This document shows positions 16,919-24,551 of a DNA stretch of 44,710 bases, piece by piece. Each line of letters starts with the position of its first letter. The first letter of the stretch is position 1. The notes beneath the pieces are model-generated. The model was given only the letters and a program-made list of their open reading frames with translations. It made no database searches and was not told the DNA's origin. Source of the DNA: a virus; IMG/VR virus record IMGVR_UViG_3300037419_000655, positions 1 to 44,710 of that record; one strand, written 5' to 3'. The position numbers and the translations under genes are program-made.

Positions 16919-17103
16919 AGTTCGACCCCCGCGACGTTCCCGAACGGCCACAGGCAGCCCTTGATGTCGTCCTCGCGCTCCCGAATCCGCGCGTCGTAGT
17001 CCTTGCGGTCCAGCGGCTTGGTCGGGATGCGCTCGCTGTGATGGGCGCGCGTGATGAGCTGCGCCACGAGCTGGACCGGCGAGTGGGCGAGGATGGCGGG
17101 CAT
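16915..17103 (-). CDS. Hypothetical protein, 62 aa (alternative TTG start at 17241 would give 108 aa)
   Basis: The ATG at MPAILAHSPVQLV is the conservative start. The upstream Ser/Ala-rich extension is uncertain. Confidence 0.4.
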   Translation of the reverse strand: MPAILAHSPVQLVAQLITRAHHSERIPTKPLDRKDYDARIREREDDIKGCLWPFGNVAGVEL

Positions 17104-17247
17104 GTCACAGCCCTCCGCGACTGAATCGCACGCCAAGAGGCCCGACCTGCGCCACCTTGAGATTGCCTGAGAAGTACCGACCCTCGAACCGAAAGAAGGG
17201 GCGCAGGCAATAGACGCGGTGGAAGCTGACGTGCCAACCAAAGATGC

Positions 17248-17445
17248 TCACGACAGCACCTCCGGCTTGAGCTGCACCGAAGGGTCGTCGGCGTTGAGGA
17301 GCGTCGCCTGTGCGCGAGCCGTCACGAGGTCGCGGAATTGCGACGCATGGGCCTGCTCAGCAAAGCGAGGCTGGCAGTTGGCGTCGAAACCGGCGAACCA
17401 TTCCAGGGTTCCGCGCCGACGAATCGCGTAGGTCTGCGTGCCCAT
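17248..17445 (-). CDS. First gene of the early-left operon, hypothetical, 65 aa
   Basis: ATG preceded by the RBS GGAGACGGAG. Lies downstream of the candidate PL/operator region. Confidence 0.6.
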   Translation of the reverse strand: MGTQTYAIRRRGTLEWFAGFDANCQPRFAEQAHASQFRDLVTARAQATLLNADDPSVQLKPEVLS

Positions 17446-17472
17446 CTCCGTCTCCCTGCCAGCGGGGTTGCT

Positions 17473-17515
17473 GGCGTAACGTCGGCCTCCGTTGACCGTG
17501 ACGCTACGTTACGCC
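17473..17515. promoter_or_regulatory. Candidate left operator pair: GGCGTAACGT (17473-17482) and its inverted copy ACGTTACGCC (17506-17515)
   Basis: A perfect 10-bp inverted repeat containing the CGTAACG heptamer, which is also clustered between the repressor and cro genes. Confidence 0.5.
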
Positions 17516-17534
17516 TATCGGCGGGCTGACGCAA
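17506..17534 (-). promoter_or_regulatory. Candidate leftward early promoter (PL-like)
   Basis: On the minus strand: -35 TTGCGT (17534-17529), a 17-bp spacer, then -10 TAACGT (17511-17506). The -10 lies inside the operator copy. Confidence 0.35.
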
Positions 17535-17540
17535 CAGGGT

Positions 17541-17598
17541 GTTACGATTTGGCAATAGAATGCTACGTTCCAGAAATGGAACGGTAGCGAATCGTAAC
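17541..17598. repeat. Nested inverted repeats
   Basis: Outer arms GTTACGATT (17541-17549) and AATCGTAAC (17590-17598) are perfect complements. Inner arms GCTACGTTCCA (17562-17572) and TGGAACGGTAGC (17577-17588) match apart from one extra G. Confidence 0.6.
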
Positions 17599-17633
17599 AA
17601 GAGGAAGTCCCAGCATCGCCGGGGAAAAGCCCC

Positions 17634-17966
17634 TTAGTTCGGGGCGGGCTCCGGGGCCTTGTGCGCCGCCAGTTGGCGGGCTAGCCCGAGAAGCATCTGA
17701 CGCTGCTCCGGCGTCAGCAAACGGTACAACTCGATCAGGTCTTGCTCGTCCTTCAGCTCTATAACCACTGCGTCATCCCCCACCGCCTCGGCCACGGTCA
17801 TGCCCGCCCATCGGGCCATGACCTTCAATTCGTCAACCGACACAGGACGCTTCCCCTGGAGCTTCAGGGTGATGGCTTGGCCGGAAATACCCAATTCCCG
17901 GCCCACCTCGGCCTTACTCACATTGCGAGCGGCGAGGGCGGCAGCTATCCGTTCGTACCAACGCAT
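17634..17966 (-). CDS. XRE-family HTH repressor (cI-like, no S24 peptidase domain), 110 aa
   Basis: MRWYERIAAALAARNVSKAEVGRELGISGQAITLKLQGKRP is a classic HTH_3. Divergent from a cro-like gene. The C-terminal about 50 aa are helical and carry no Ala-Gly/Ser-Lys autocleavage motifs. Confidence 0.8.
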   Translation of the reverse strand: MRWYERIAAALAARNVSKAEVGRELGISGQAITLKLQGKRPVSVDELKVMARWAGMTVAEAVGDDAVVIELKDEQDLIELYRLLTPEQRQMLLGLARQLAAHKAPEPAPN

Positions 17967-18000
17967 TGTCTGGGGGGACTCTCTCACTAGACGCGACGAA

Positions 18001-18058
18001 AATCGTAACGGAACGTTACCGATTTGTCCGTGACACCCCGTTACAACAGGCGTAACGG
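18001..18058. promoter_or_regulatory. Candidate right operator region
   Basis: AATCGTAACG-gaa-CGTTACCGATT (18001-18024) and CCGTTAC-N7-GTAACGG (18038-18058), in the 109-bp repressor/cro intergenic region. Confidence 0.55.
18030..18058 (+). promoter_or_regulatory. Candidate rightward early promoter (PR-like)
   Basis: -35 GTGACA (18030-18035), a 17-bp spacer, then -10 TAACGG (18053-18058), overlapping the second inverted repeat. The -10 is weak, and the cro-like ATG follows about 18 nt later with no obvious SD. Confidence 0.3.
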
Positions 18059-18075
18059 TGTGATACGCTCCGATC

Positions 18076-18297
18076 ATGGAAGCCATCAAGAAGCTACGCC
18101 GCTCGGGCATGGACACGGCCGCACTCGTCGCCGGCATCGGCTGCAAGTCGCCCCTGATCTACATGTACGAGAACGGCCGCCGGTTCCCGAGCAAGAAGAA
18201 CTTCGTCTGCATCGTCGAGCTGGCTGAGTCGCGCGGACTGACGTTGCTCGCTCGGGATTTCATTGCTGACAACGAGAAGTGCGAAAGCGATAGCTGA
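18076..18297 (+). CDS. Cro-like XRE-family HTH protein, 73 aa
   Basis: MEAIKKLRRSGMDTAALVAGIGCKSPLIYMYENGRRFP is an HTH. Divergent from the repressor. Confidence 0.75.
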   Translation: MEAIKKLRRSGMDTAALVAGIGCKSPLIYMYENGRRFPSKKNFVCIVELAESRGLTLLARDFIADNEKCESDS

Positions 18298-18303
18298 GAA
18301 CAA

Positions 18304-18334
18304 GGCTCGGTCCTTTGGGATCGGGCCTTTTTTG
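18304..18334 (+). terminator. Intrinsic terminator between the cro-like and cII-like genes (tR1-like position)
   Basis: GGCTCGGTCC-tttg-GGATCGGGCC gives a 10-bp stem with two G-U pairs, followed by TTTTTT. Confidence 0.7.
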
Positions 18335-18367
18335 TACGCGGAAACAGGGGTCAAGTGGAGTCAAGTG

Positions 18368-18727
18368 ATGTCAAGCCTTGAAACGCAAAACTCACTGCGC
18401 CTTGCCTTCGGCGTGCAAAACGGCCCGAAAGACGCCCCGGCCAAGCTGCTGCGGATGATCGAGTCCGAGCAGCAGGCCATCGCGGTTTCGGTCGCTTACA
18501 GCGGTTTCAAGCTCGCCTATATCGGCGCGTGCCTCGGCAAGTCCGAGAGCTATGTGTCCCTGTTGCGCGCCGGCAAACGCCCGATGCCCGAGAAGCTGGT
18601 CGGCCCGTTCTGCGCGGCCACCGGCACAAACCTGTTGCGCCAATTCCGCGACCTGCAAGCCGCGTTGTCCGAGTGCGACGCGCGGCGTGAGGTCGAGCGC
18701 CTGGCGTCCATGTTGGAGGTCGCATGA
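18368..18727 (+). CDS. cII-like regulatory protein (CP76/186-CII flavour), 119 aa
   Basis: ATG has a GGAG 9 nt upstream. The segment GACLGKSESYVSLLRAGKRPMPEKLVGPFCAATGTNLLRQ resembles phage CII-type HTH regulators, and the gene follows cro. Confidence 0.45.
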   Translation: MSSLETQNSLRLAFGVQNGPKDAPAKLLRMIESEQQAIAVSVAYSGFKLAYIGACLGKSESYVSLLRAGKRPMPEKLVGPFCAATGTNLLRQFRDLQAALSECDARREVERLASMLEVA

Positions 18728-19044
18728 ACCGCTGCGCCACCGCCAAGACCTGCCACGACTGTGGCCGAGAGTTTTACGGCAATACCAGCCAGCGCCGCTG
18801 CCATGCCTGTCGCTATGTCTCGGAGATAGTCCGCCGCCGCGCCATCGGCGCTGTAGGGCGCGCCGTGCGCCGCGGGCTACTCGCGGACCTCCGCTACACG
18901 CACGTCGCCTGCGTCGATTGCGGGGCGCGTGCGGAGCATTACGACCACCGCGACTACGGCAAGCCGCTCGCGGTTGATCCGGTTTGCCGCTGCTGCAACT
19001 ACCGGCGCGGCCCTGCCGCTGCGCCTGCGAGGGAGGTCGCATGA
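18724..19044 (+). CDS. Cys-rich protein with an Endo VII/HNH-like C-terminus, 106 aa
   Basis: ATGA overlap. N-terminal CHDC...CHAC ribbon, and a C-terminal EHYDHRDYGKPLAVDPVCRCCNYRRG that resembles the DH...C..CN..G nuclease motif. Confidence 0.45.
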   Translation: MNRCATAKTCHDCGREFYGNTSQRRCHACRYVSEIVRRRAIGAVGRAVRRGLLADLRYTHVACVDCGARAEHYDHRDYGKPLAVDPVCRCCNYRRGPAAAPAREVA

Positions 19045-19199
19045 ACACCGAACACCACGAATCCATCTCCGAGCTGGAAGCCGGCGTCGCCGCGCAGCTC
19101 AAGCAAGCCGGGTGGGACGACAACGCCCAGCGCCACGAGAAGGCCGCCGAAGCCTATGGCATTCGCGAACTGACACAGGAATGGGAGACGCGGCAGTGA
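19041..19199 (+). CDS. Hypothetical protein, 52 aa
   Basis: ATGA overlap at 19041-19044. Reads MNTEHHESISELEAGVAAQLKQ... Confidence 0.45.
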   Translation: MNTEHHESISELEAGVAAQLKQAGWDDNAQRHEKAAEAYGIRELTQEWETRQ

Positions 19200-19339
19200 G
19201 CTACCAGCAACGTTTCCGCGATGCCTTCTGGCGCTGGTTCTTCGACGCGGACGCCGCCGAGGTCGCGCTCGCCTATCTCGGCATCACCCCATCACTGAAA
19301 GCCGAACTCGCCCGCATTGGGGAGGCCCGTCATGCGTGA
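19196..19339 (+). CDS. Hypothetical protein, 47 aa (GTG start)
   Basis: GTGA overlap at 19196-19199. Reads VSYQQRFRDAFWRWFFDADAAEV... Confidence 0.4.
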   Translation: MSYQQRFRDAFWRWFFDADAAEVALAYLGITPSLKAELARIGEARHA

Positions 19340-19550
19340 GATCCAAACACCGACCGCCGAGGAAATCGCGTTCGCGCGGTTCCAGGTGGCCCGCGCCATC
19401 CGCCGCAACCGCGACAAGCCGATCACCACGGCGGAGGAACGCGACAGCGACCAGCGCCGGCATCGCCTCATCTGCCCGCACTGCAATCCAACGGCGAAAG
19501 CGATGCAGCGGGTGCGGGATCAGTGGGTGGTGGCGGGCATCAAACCGTAG
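19332..19550 (+). CDS. Hypothetical protein, 72 aa
   Basis: GGAGG RBS at 19321, then the ATG at 19332. Contains a CPHC motif. Confidence 0.55.
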   Translation: MREIQTPTAEEIAFARFQVARAIRRNRDKPITTAEERDSDQRRHRLICPHCNPTAKAMQRVRDQWVVAGIKP

Positions 19551-19575
19551 GGGCAGGGTGACAGGGGGAAGGGGC

Positions 19576-20337
19576 ATGGCAAAGCGCAAGACGATCACGA
19601 AGAAGGTCCGGTTTGAGGTTTTCAAGCGGGACTCCTTCACTTGCCAGTATTGCGGCAAGGCCGCCCCGGATGTCGTCCTTCACGTTGACCACATTGACCC
19701 GGTCAGCAAGGGCGGCACTAACGACATCCTCAACCTGATTACCTCCTGCGTTGAGTGCAACAGCGGGAAGGGCGCGACGCCTCTGGATGACCAGGCGATG
19801 CTTGCGAAGCAGCGCGCCCAGCTCCAAGAGCTTTCCGACCGCCGCGAGCAGTTGAAGATGATGCTCGACTGGCGCAAGGGCATGAAGTCGATTGATGAGC
19901 TGGCCTTGGAGGCTGCTCGCGATCACTTCGCCACGACCTTTGAAGGGTGGGGGATCGAATCTGACACGGCGGTTGCCAAGCTGCGCCAGCACATCCGCAA
20001 GTTCGGGGTTCAGGCGGTCATGGAGGCGATGGACATCGCCCGCGACCGCTACGCCCCGACGATCACACCCGAGTCAGTCAATGAGGCATGGGGCAAGGTC
20101 GGTGGCATCTGCCACAACCGGGCTAACCCTGATGAGGGTCGCCTGCGGTATGCCCGAGGAATCATCAGGAACCGCTTCTATTACGTGAATGAGCGGGTCG
20201 CGTTTGACTTGTTGCGCGAGGCGCAGGCGGTCGGCGTGTCCGATGAAGAAATGCAGGAGATCGCCAAGAAGGCCCGCCACTGGACCGACTGGCAAAGCTG
20301 GATGCGTGAGGTTATCGCCGAGGTGCGCGATGCCTAG
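19576..20337 (+). CDS. HNH endonuclease domain protein with an about 170-aa C-terminal extension, 253 aa
   Basis: FEVFKRDSFTCQYCGK...LHVDHIDPVSKGGTNDILNLITSCVECNSGKG is a canonical HNH. The C-terminal part is unassigned. Lies directly upstream of the replication gene. Confidence 0.8.
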   Translation: MAKRKTITKKVRFEVFKRDSFTCQYCGKAAPDVVLHVDHIDPVSKGGTNDILNLITSCVECNSGKGATPLDDQAMLAKQRAQLQELSDRREQLKMMLDWRKGMKSIDELALEAARDHFATTFEGWGIESDTAVAKLRQHIRKFGVQAVMEAMDIARDRYAPTITPESVNEAWGKVGGICHNRANPDEGRLRYARGIIRNRFYYVNERVAFDLLREAQAVGVSDEEMQEIAKKARHWTDWQSWMREVIAEVRDA

Positions 20338-21142
20338 CCGCATCATCCGCGACGAGATCCTGACCAGCGAGCGGGTTGACCTGCTCGACTTCGCTGCCGA
20401 GGTGTTCTATCGGCGGCTGCTGAACAAGGTGGACGACTACGGGCTGTATGACGCTCGTCCCTCCGTCCTGCGCGCCACCCTCTACCCGCTGAGGATTGAC
20501 CGCGTGCGTGAGGCCGACTGCTCCCGCTGGATCGCTGCGTGCGAAAAGGCCGGGCTGATCGCTCTCTACCACCACGACGGCAAGCCCTACTTGCAGGTGT
20601 TGCGGGTGCGCTGGCAGATCCGTGCGGCGCCGAAGTACCCCATGCCGCCGGAAGATGTAAACACATGCAAGCAAGTGGAAGCATGTGCTCACTTAGTCGT
20701 TGACGTTGACGCTGTCGTTGTCGCTGAAAAAGCACATGGTCGGCAAGCCGACCGATTCAGCGAGTTTTGGGAGCTGTACCCCAAGAAGGTGGCCCGTAAG
20801 CCGGCCGCCGAGAAGTGGAAGGCCAAGAAGCTCGACGCGAAGGCGAGCGAGATCCTGGCCGACGTGCGGGCGCGCATGAAGTCCGACCGTCGATGGCTTG
20901 AGGGCTACATCCCCAACGCGACGACCTACCTGACGCAGGAGCGGTGGCAGGACGAAATTCAGGGCGCTGTTAAGCCGCCGTCTGCCGTGCCATCCGGGAA
21001 GCCGGCCGGGCCCAGCGAGTCGCCGCTGGAAAACCAACTGAACTGGATCGCGGAAATGGTCCGCCGTGGCGTGATGACGGATGAGGACGCCGTCCGCGAG
21101 CGTGAGAAGGCCACCGCGAAGCACCGTGGAGTCACCGCATGA
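20330..21142 (+). CDS. Putative replication initiation / replisome-organiser protein, 270 aa
   Basis: Start MPSRIIRDEILTSERV. The C-terminal FWELYPKKVARKPAAEKWKAKKLD...YIPNATTYLTQERWQDE pattern recurs in phage DnaD/DnaT-like replication proteins. Position fits the early-right operon. Confidence 0.5.
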   Translation: MPSRIIRDEILTSERVDLLDFAAEVFYRRLLNKVDDYGLYDARPSVLRATLYPLRIDRVREADCSRWIAACEKAGLIALYHHDGKPYLQVLRVRWQIRAAPKYPMPPEDVNTCKQVEACAHLVVDVDAVVVAEKAHGRQADRFSEFWELYPKKVARKPAAEKWKAKKLDAKASEILADVRARMKSDRRWLEGYIPNATTYLTQERWQDEIQGAVKPPSAVPSGKPAGPSESPLENQLNWIAEMVRRGVMTDEDAVREREKATAKHRGVTA

Positions 21143-21348
21143 GCAACCTTTACCGCGACTGGCATCGCGCGCATCCGCGTGCCAGCGCCATCGCTCTCGA
21201 TCTCCTCAAGCATCGCGACCTGTTGAACCTGCGCGCCGGCCGGCTCGTGCGCGACGTGATGGACGTGTTCGGTGTCGGCGGCTGCACGGCCCGGATCGCG
21301 GTGGCGATGGCGCGACGCAACGCGCACGAAACGCGGAGGGCCGCATGA
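21139..21348 (+). CDS. Hypothetical small protein (possible HTH), 69 aa
   Basis: ATGA overlap. Contains VRDVMDVFGVGGCTARIAVAMARR. Confidence 0.5.
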   Translation: MSNLYRDWHRAHPRASAIALDLLKHRDLLNLRAGRLVRDVMDVFGVGGCTARIAVAMARRNAHETRRAA

Positions 21349-21527
21349 ACTGGATCAAGCGCGACGGCCGCTACATCGACTCCGAGTGCGGACGGTTCCG
21401 CATCAACAAGGCTGGCAACCCTCCGGTCTACCAGCCCATCCGCCTGATTCCGCCGCCGTCCGTGATCCTCGGGTTCGGCCCGCTGACGCTGCAACAGGCC
21501 AAGAAGAAGTGCGAGGAGGCGGTGTGA
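21345..21527 (+). CDS. Hypothetical protein, 60 aa
   Basis: ATGA overlap at 21345-21348. Reads MNWIKRDGRYIDSECGRFRINK... Confidence 0.5.
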   Translation: MNWIKRDGRYIDSECGRFRINKAGNPPVYQPIRLIPPPSVILGFGPLTLQQAKKKCEEAV

Positions 21528-22153
21528 GTCGCATCGAAACCATCGGCAACGCCACGCTGTACCTCGGCGACTGCCGCGACATTCTACCCACGCTCGGGAA
21601 GGTGGATGCGGTGATTACCGATCCGCCGTATGGGATTCAGGCCGATAAGGGAAAGGCGCATAGCAGCATCCGCGACAACGACACTTGGCAGGATACGGGA
21701 TGGGACGACTCGCGCCCCGCCGCCGAAGTGTTCGTCCTGATGCTGGCAGCAGCGCCGCGAGTTGCTATTTGGGGCGGCAACTATTTCGCAGATCTTCTCC
21801 CTGCTTCTAGCGGATGGCTGTGCTGGCGGAAACCGGAGGCGGAGACAGGTTTTTCGCTTGCCGATGTAGAGCTTTGCTGGACGAACATTTCCTTTGCAGC
21901 CCGCACTCGGACACTGCCGCGCCGGGATGGCAACGAGCATCCAACACAGAAGCCTGTCGCGCTGATGGAGTGGACGGCGAGTTTTGTGCCGGGGCAAATA
22001 GTCCTTGACCCCTTCATGGGCAGCGGCACCACGGGCGTCGCCTGCATGAACCTCGGCCGCCAGTTCATCGGCATCGAGCGTGAGCCCAAGTATTTCGACA
22101 TCGCCTGCCGCCGCATCGAGGACGCGCAGCGGCAAGGGAGGCTGATCGCATGA
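21524..22153 (+). CDS. Orphan DNA methyltransferase, N6-A/N4-C beta-class, 209 aa
   Basis: GTGA overlap with a GAGGAGG RBS. Motif IV VITDPPYG comes before motif I LDPFMGSGTTGVA, and HPTQKP is present. No restriction partner gene is present. Confidence 0.9.
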   Translation: MSRIETIGNATLYLGDCRDILPTLGKVDAVITDPPYGIQADKGKAHSSIRDNDTWQDTGWDDSRPAAEVFVLMLAAAPRVAIWGGNYFADLLPASSGWLCWRKPEAETGFSLADVELCWTNISFAARTRTLPRRDGNEHPTQKPVALMEWTASFVPGQIVLDPFMGSGTTGVACMNLGRQFIGIEREPKYFDIACRRIEDAQRQGRLIA

Positions 22154-22293
22154 AAACCAAGCGCAAGCCCATGCCGCAGCAGATGGCCCCGAAGCGCGCG
22201 AACCCGCCCGGCCGCTACACCTGCCCGTGTTGCGGGGAGAAGTTGAGCGGCCCGGCGCGGCTGTATGTGTGCCCGAATCGGAGGTGGGCGTGA
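22150..22293 (+). CDS. Basic Cys-containing micro-protein, 47 aa
   Basis: Manual translation gives MKTKRKPMPQQMAPKRANPPGRYTCPCCGEKLSGPARLYVCPNRRWA. ATGA overlap upstream and GTGA overlap downstream. Confidence 0.4.
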   Translation: MKTKRKPMPQQMAPKRANPPGRYTCPCCGEKLSGPARLYVCPNRRWA

Positions 22294-22703
22294 AACTCGC
22301 TACCGAATCTGACCGTTCCCGCTATATCGCCTTCCTCCAGGCGCAGGCGTTGCCGCTGGATGTGTCGTGCGGACCGTGGAAGTCCACCCGCAGCAACGAG
22401 CAGAACAACCTGCTGTTCGGCGTCATCTACCCACCCATTGCCGAGGCGATGGGCTACGAAGTGGATGGGGACAACGGCATTCACGCCTTCATGTGCGGGA
22501 CGTTTTTCGGCTGGGTGGACAAGCCCGTGCCGAAGTCGCCGCGCAACCCGGAGGGCGTCGCCAGCTTCCCGCGCCGGACGACTACGCGCGATGAAAACGG
22601 CAAGCGTGACGTGATCGACAAAGCGACGTTCACCAAGTTCGTGGACATGGTGGACCGGATTGCGGCGAAGGCTGGCGTGTTTGTGCCGAGGGCTGCCGCA
22701 TGA
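22290..22703 (+). CDS. NinB/Orf-like recombination mediator, 137 aa (GTG start)
   Basis: KSTRSNEQNNLLFGVIYPPIAEAMG resembles the lambda NinB RSLDQNRKLWACLGDV segment. Context is consistent with a nin-like region. Confidence 0.45.
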   Translation: MKLATESDRSRYIAFLQAQALPLDVSCGPWKSTRSNEQNNLLFGVIYPPIAEAMGYEVDGDNGIHAFMCGTFFGWVDKPVPKSPRNPEGVASFPRRTTTRDENGKRDVIDKATFTKFVDMVDRIAAKAGVFVPRAAA

Positions 22704-23074
22704 CGCTCGCCAAGCGCAAGACCCGCACCAAGGCGCAACTGGATTACCACGACCGGGCGGCGGCGCTCGGCTGTGTGGTGTGCATCAAGCGCGGTTGCAG
22801 CCAGCCGAACGAGACACACCTGCACCACCGCAACTTCAACGACTGGCACGGGGCCAAGCAGTTGGGGCAGGACGCGGTGGTCGCGATGTGCGCGTGGCAC
22901 CACGACGGGCGACTGATCGAGGGTTGGAACAGCGAAGGAATGCGGCGCACCTTCGGCCCGAGTTTCAAGCACGCGGCCGACTTCCGCGAGTGGACGTATG
23001 ACGTGCTGCCGGGATACGGCCGGGGCACGGAGGCATGGCAGAAGTACCAAGACGAATTGTTGGAGGAAAAGTGA
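22700..23074 (+). CDS. Ref-like / HNH-superfamily (RecA-dependent nuclease type) protein, 124 aa
   Basis: YHDRAAALGCVVCIKRGC...THLHHRN...GAKQLGQDAVVAMCAWHH fits the pattern C..C...HH...K..D...C..HH. Confidence 0.5.
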   Translation: MTLAKRKTRTKAQLDYHDRAAALGCVVCIKRGCSQPNETHLHHRNFNDWHGAKQLGQDAVVAMCAWHHDGRLIEGWNSEGMRRTFGPSFKHAADFREWTYDVLPGYGRGTEAWQKYQDELLEEK

Positions 23075-23364
23075 ACGGGCCAGGCTGGACGGGAACCGAA
23101 TTGAACGTGCTTCGTTCGCTGTATCCCAAGCACGGCTCGATCGGCGTGCATGAATCATTGCCGCACAAGACGACGGCGGCGATCCGGGCGCAAGCCGCGC
23201 GGCTGGGCATCAAGTCACATTGCCCACCGAAGCAGAAAACGGACGAGGCGTGGGGACTGCCGGCGCAGGACGTGTTGCAGCAGTTGGAGTGCGTGCGATT
23301 CCGCAAGTGGCGCGGCCCGGTCAACGCGGGGCCGCTGGTGGCGACGATTGGGAGGGCGGCGTGA
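23071..23364 (+). CDS. Hypothetical protein, 97 aa (GTG start)
   Basis: GTGA overlap at 23071-23074 with GGAGGAAAA upstream. Confidence 0.5.
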   Translation: MNGPGWTGTELNVLRSLYPKHGSIGVHESLPHKTTAAIRAQAARLGIKSHCPPKQKTDEAWGLPAQDVLQQLECVRFRKWRGPVNAGPLVATIGRAA

Positions 23365-23537
23365 TTACCGAGGAAATGGTGGAGGCGGGGCTGCGAGCGA
23401 TCCTCTCGCGATGGGATTACCCGCCTGTGCAGCCTGATCGGGCAGACGTGCGCGCCGTTCTGGAGGCGGCCATCGCAACTCAGCCCATCCCGTATCGCAT
23501 CACCGAAGCCGGCCGCAAGGCACTGGAGGGGAAGTGA
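23361..23537 (+). CDS. Hypothetical protein, 58 aa (GTG start)
   Basis: GTGA overlap at 23361-23364 with a GGAGGG RBS. Confidence 0.45.
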   Translation: MITEEMVEAGLRAILSRWDYPPVQPDRADVRAVLEAAIATQPIPYRITEAGRKALEGK

Positions 23538-23538
23538 C

Positions 23539-23814
23539 ATGGGTCGCCGCGTTCGCATCAATCCTGCCGTACAAGCCCGCCTCAATCAGCGGGTGCGCGG
23601 CGCACGTCGGGAAACCATTTACAAGATGATCGCCAAGCGCAACTGCGGGCAGGTTCCGTGCTTCGTTTGCGGCCGCCATGTGGCGCATAACAGGGCCACG
23701 CTAGAGCACATCGTTCGGCGACGGGATGGTGGCACAGACGACATGAGCAACCTGTCGATCTCTCATGAGTGGTGCAACAGCCATCGTGACGCCATTGAAG
23801 CGAGGCGCGCATGA
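23539..23814 (+). CDS. HNH endonuclease, 91 aa
   Basis: CFVCGRH...ATLEHIVRRRDGGTDDMSNLSISHEWCNSHR is an HNH motif. Confidence 0.8.
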   Translation: MGRRVRINPAVQARLNQRVRGARRETIYKMIAKRNCGQVPCFVCGRHVAHNRATLEHIVRRRDGGTDDMSNLSISHEWCNSHRDAIEARRA

Positions 23815-24215
23815 GCGGCACCTTCTCCCGCAACAAAGGCGCGCGTGCGGAACGCGAACTGTGCGGACTGCTGCGCGACCACCTCGGCGGCGAGTTCAGC
23901 CGCAATCTCAAGCAATACCAGAAGTCGCAGGAAGGCGACGTGGAGCAACTGGTCGGGCCGTACCTGATCGAGTGCAAGGCGCACGCCACGCTGAACCTGA
24001 AAGCCTGGTGGGGGCAAGTATCGCAGGCCGCATCGCGTCATGCCGAACGGCCGATTCCCTGCCTCGCCTACAAGGTGCCGCGCAAAGGTTGGCGATTCCG
24101 AGTGCCGATGCGCGAGGCGTGGGCGAGCGGGCAGCAGTGGGGCCGGGAGTTGACTTACACGATGGACCTGTCACCAGACGGGTTCTTTCTCTTGGTGCGC
24201 GAACACGGTCAATAG
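23811..24215 (+). CDS. PD-(D/E)XK resolvase-like nuclease (Hjc/RecU-type Holliday-junction resolvase candidate), 134 aa
   Basis: NKGARAERELCGLLRD ... EGDVEQL ... YLIECKAH gives an E...D...ExK arrangement. Confidence 0.55.
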   Translation: MSGTFSRNKGARAERELCGLLRDHLGGEFSRNLKQYQKSQEGDVEQLVGPYLIECKAHATLNLKAWWGQVSQAASRHAERPIPCLAYKVPRKGWRFRVPMREAWASGQQWGRELTYTMDLSPDGFFLLVREHGQ

Positions 24216-24223
24216 GGGGCCGT

Positions 24224-24511
24224 ATGAACTACGCACTGTTTGGGGAGTGGGTGCGGGACCGGGTGGAGGACTTGGTGCGCTTCGGCGTGCCGCGTGATGA
24301 GGCCGAGCATCTGATGCGCGGTGTCGAGTACGCGGCCGTCGCAGCCGAGGCCAAGGAACGCAGCGATAACCAGTTCCTTCTCGACTTCCGCCGCCTCGGA
24401 ACAAAGGCCACCGCAATCAAGCACGAGATGACGGAAGCCGGCGCGCGAAAGAAGCGCAGGACGCTCCTAAATCGTGTACCGGAGTTTGGGTCTAAGTTGC
24501 GTTCGGCCTAG
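24224..24511 (+). CDS. Hypothetical protein, 95 aa
   Basis: Starts at MNYALFGEWVRDRV within frame 23765-24511. Has a basic C-terminus. Confidence 0.5.
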   Translation: MNYALFGEWVRDRVEDLVRFGVPRDEAEHLMRGVEYAAVAAEAKERSDNQFLLDFRRLGTKATAIKHEMTEAGARKKRRTLLNRVPEFGSKLRSA

Positions 24512-24551
24512 GACACTGTCAAGCCATCAGAAACCGCAAAGGAGCGGTGAG

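Noticed and set aside
18392-19123. 243-aa minus-strand ORF
   Set aside because: It is Arg/Gly/Ala-rich and antisense to the cII-like and Cys-rich genes, which have RBSs and coupling.
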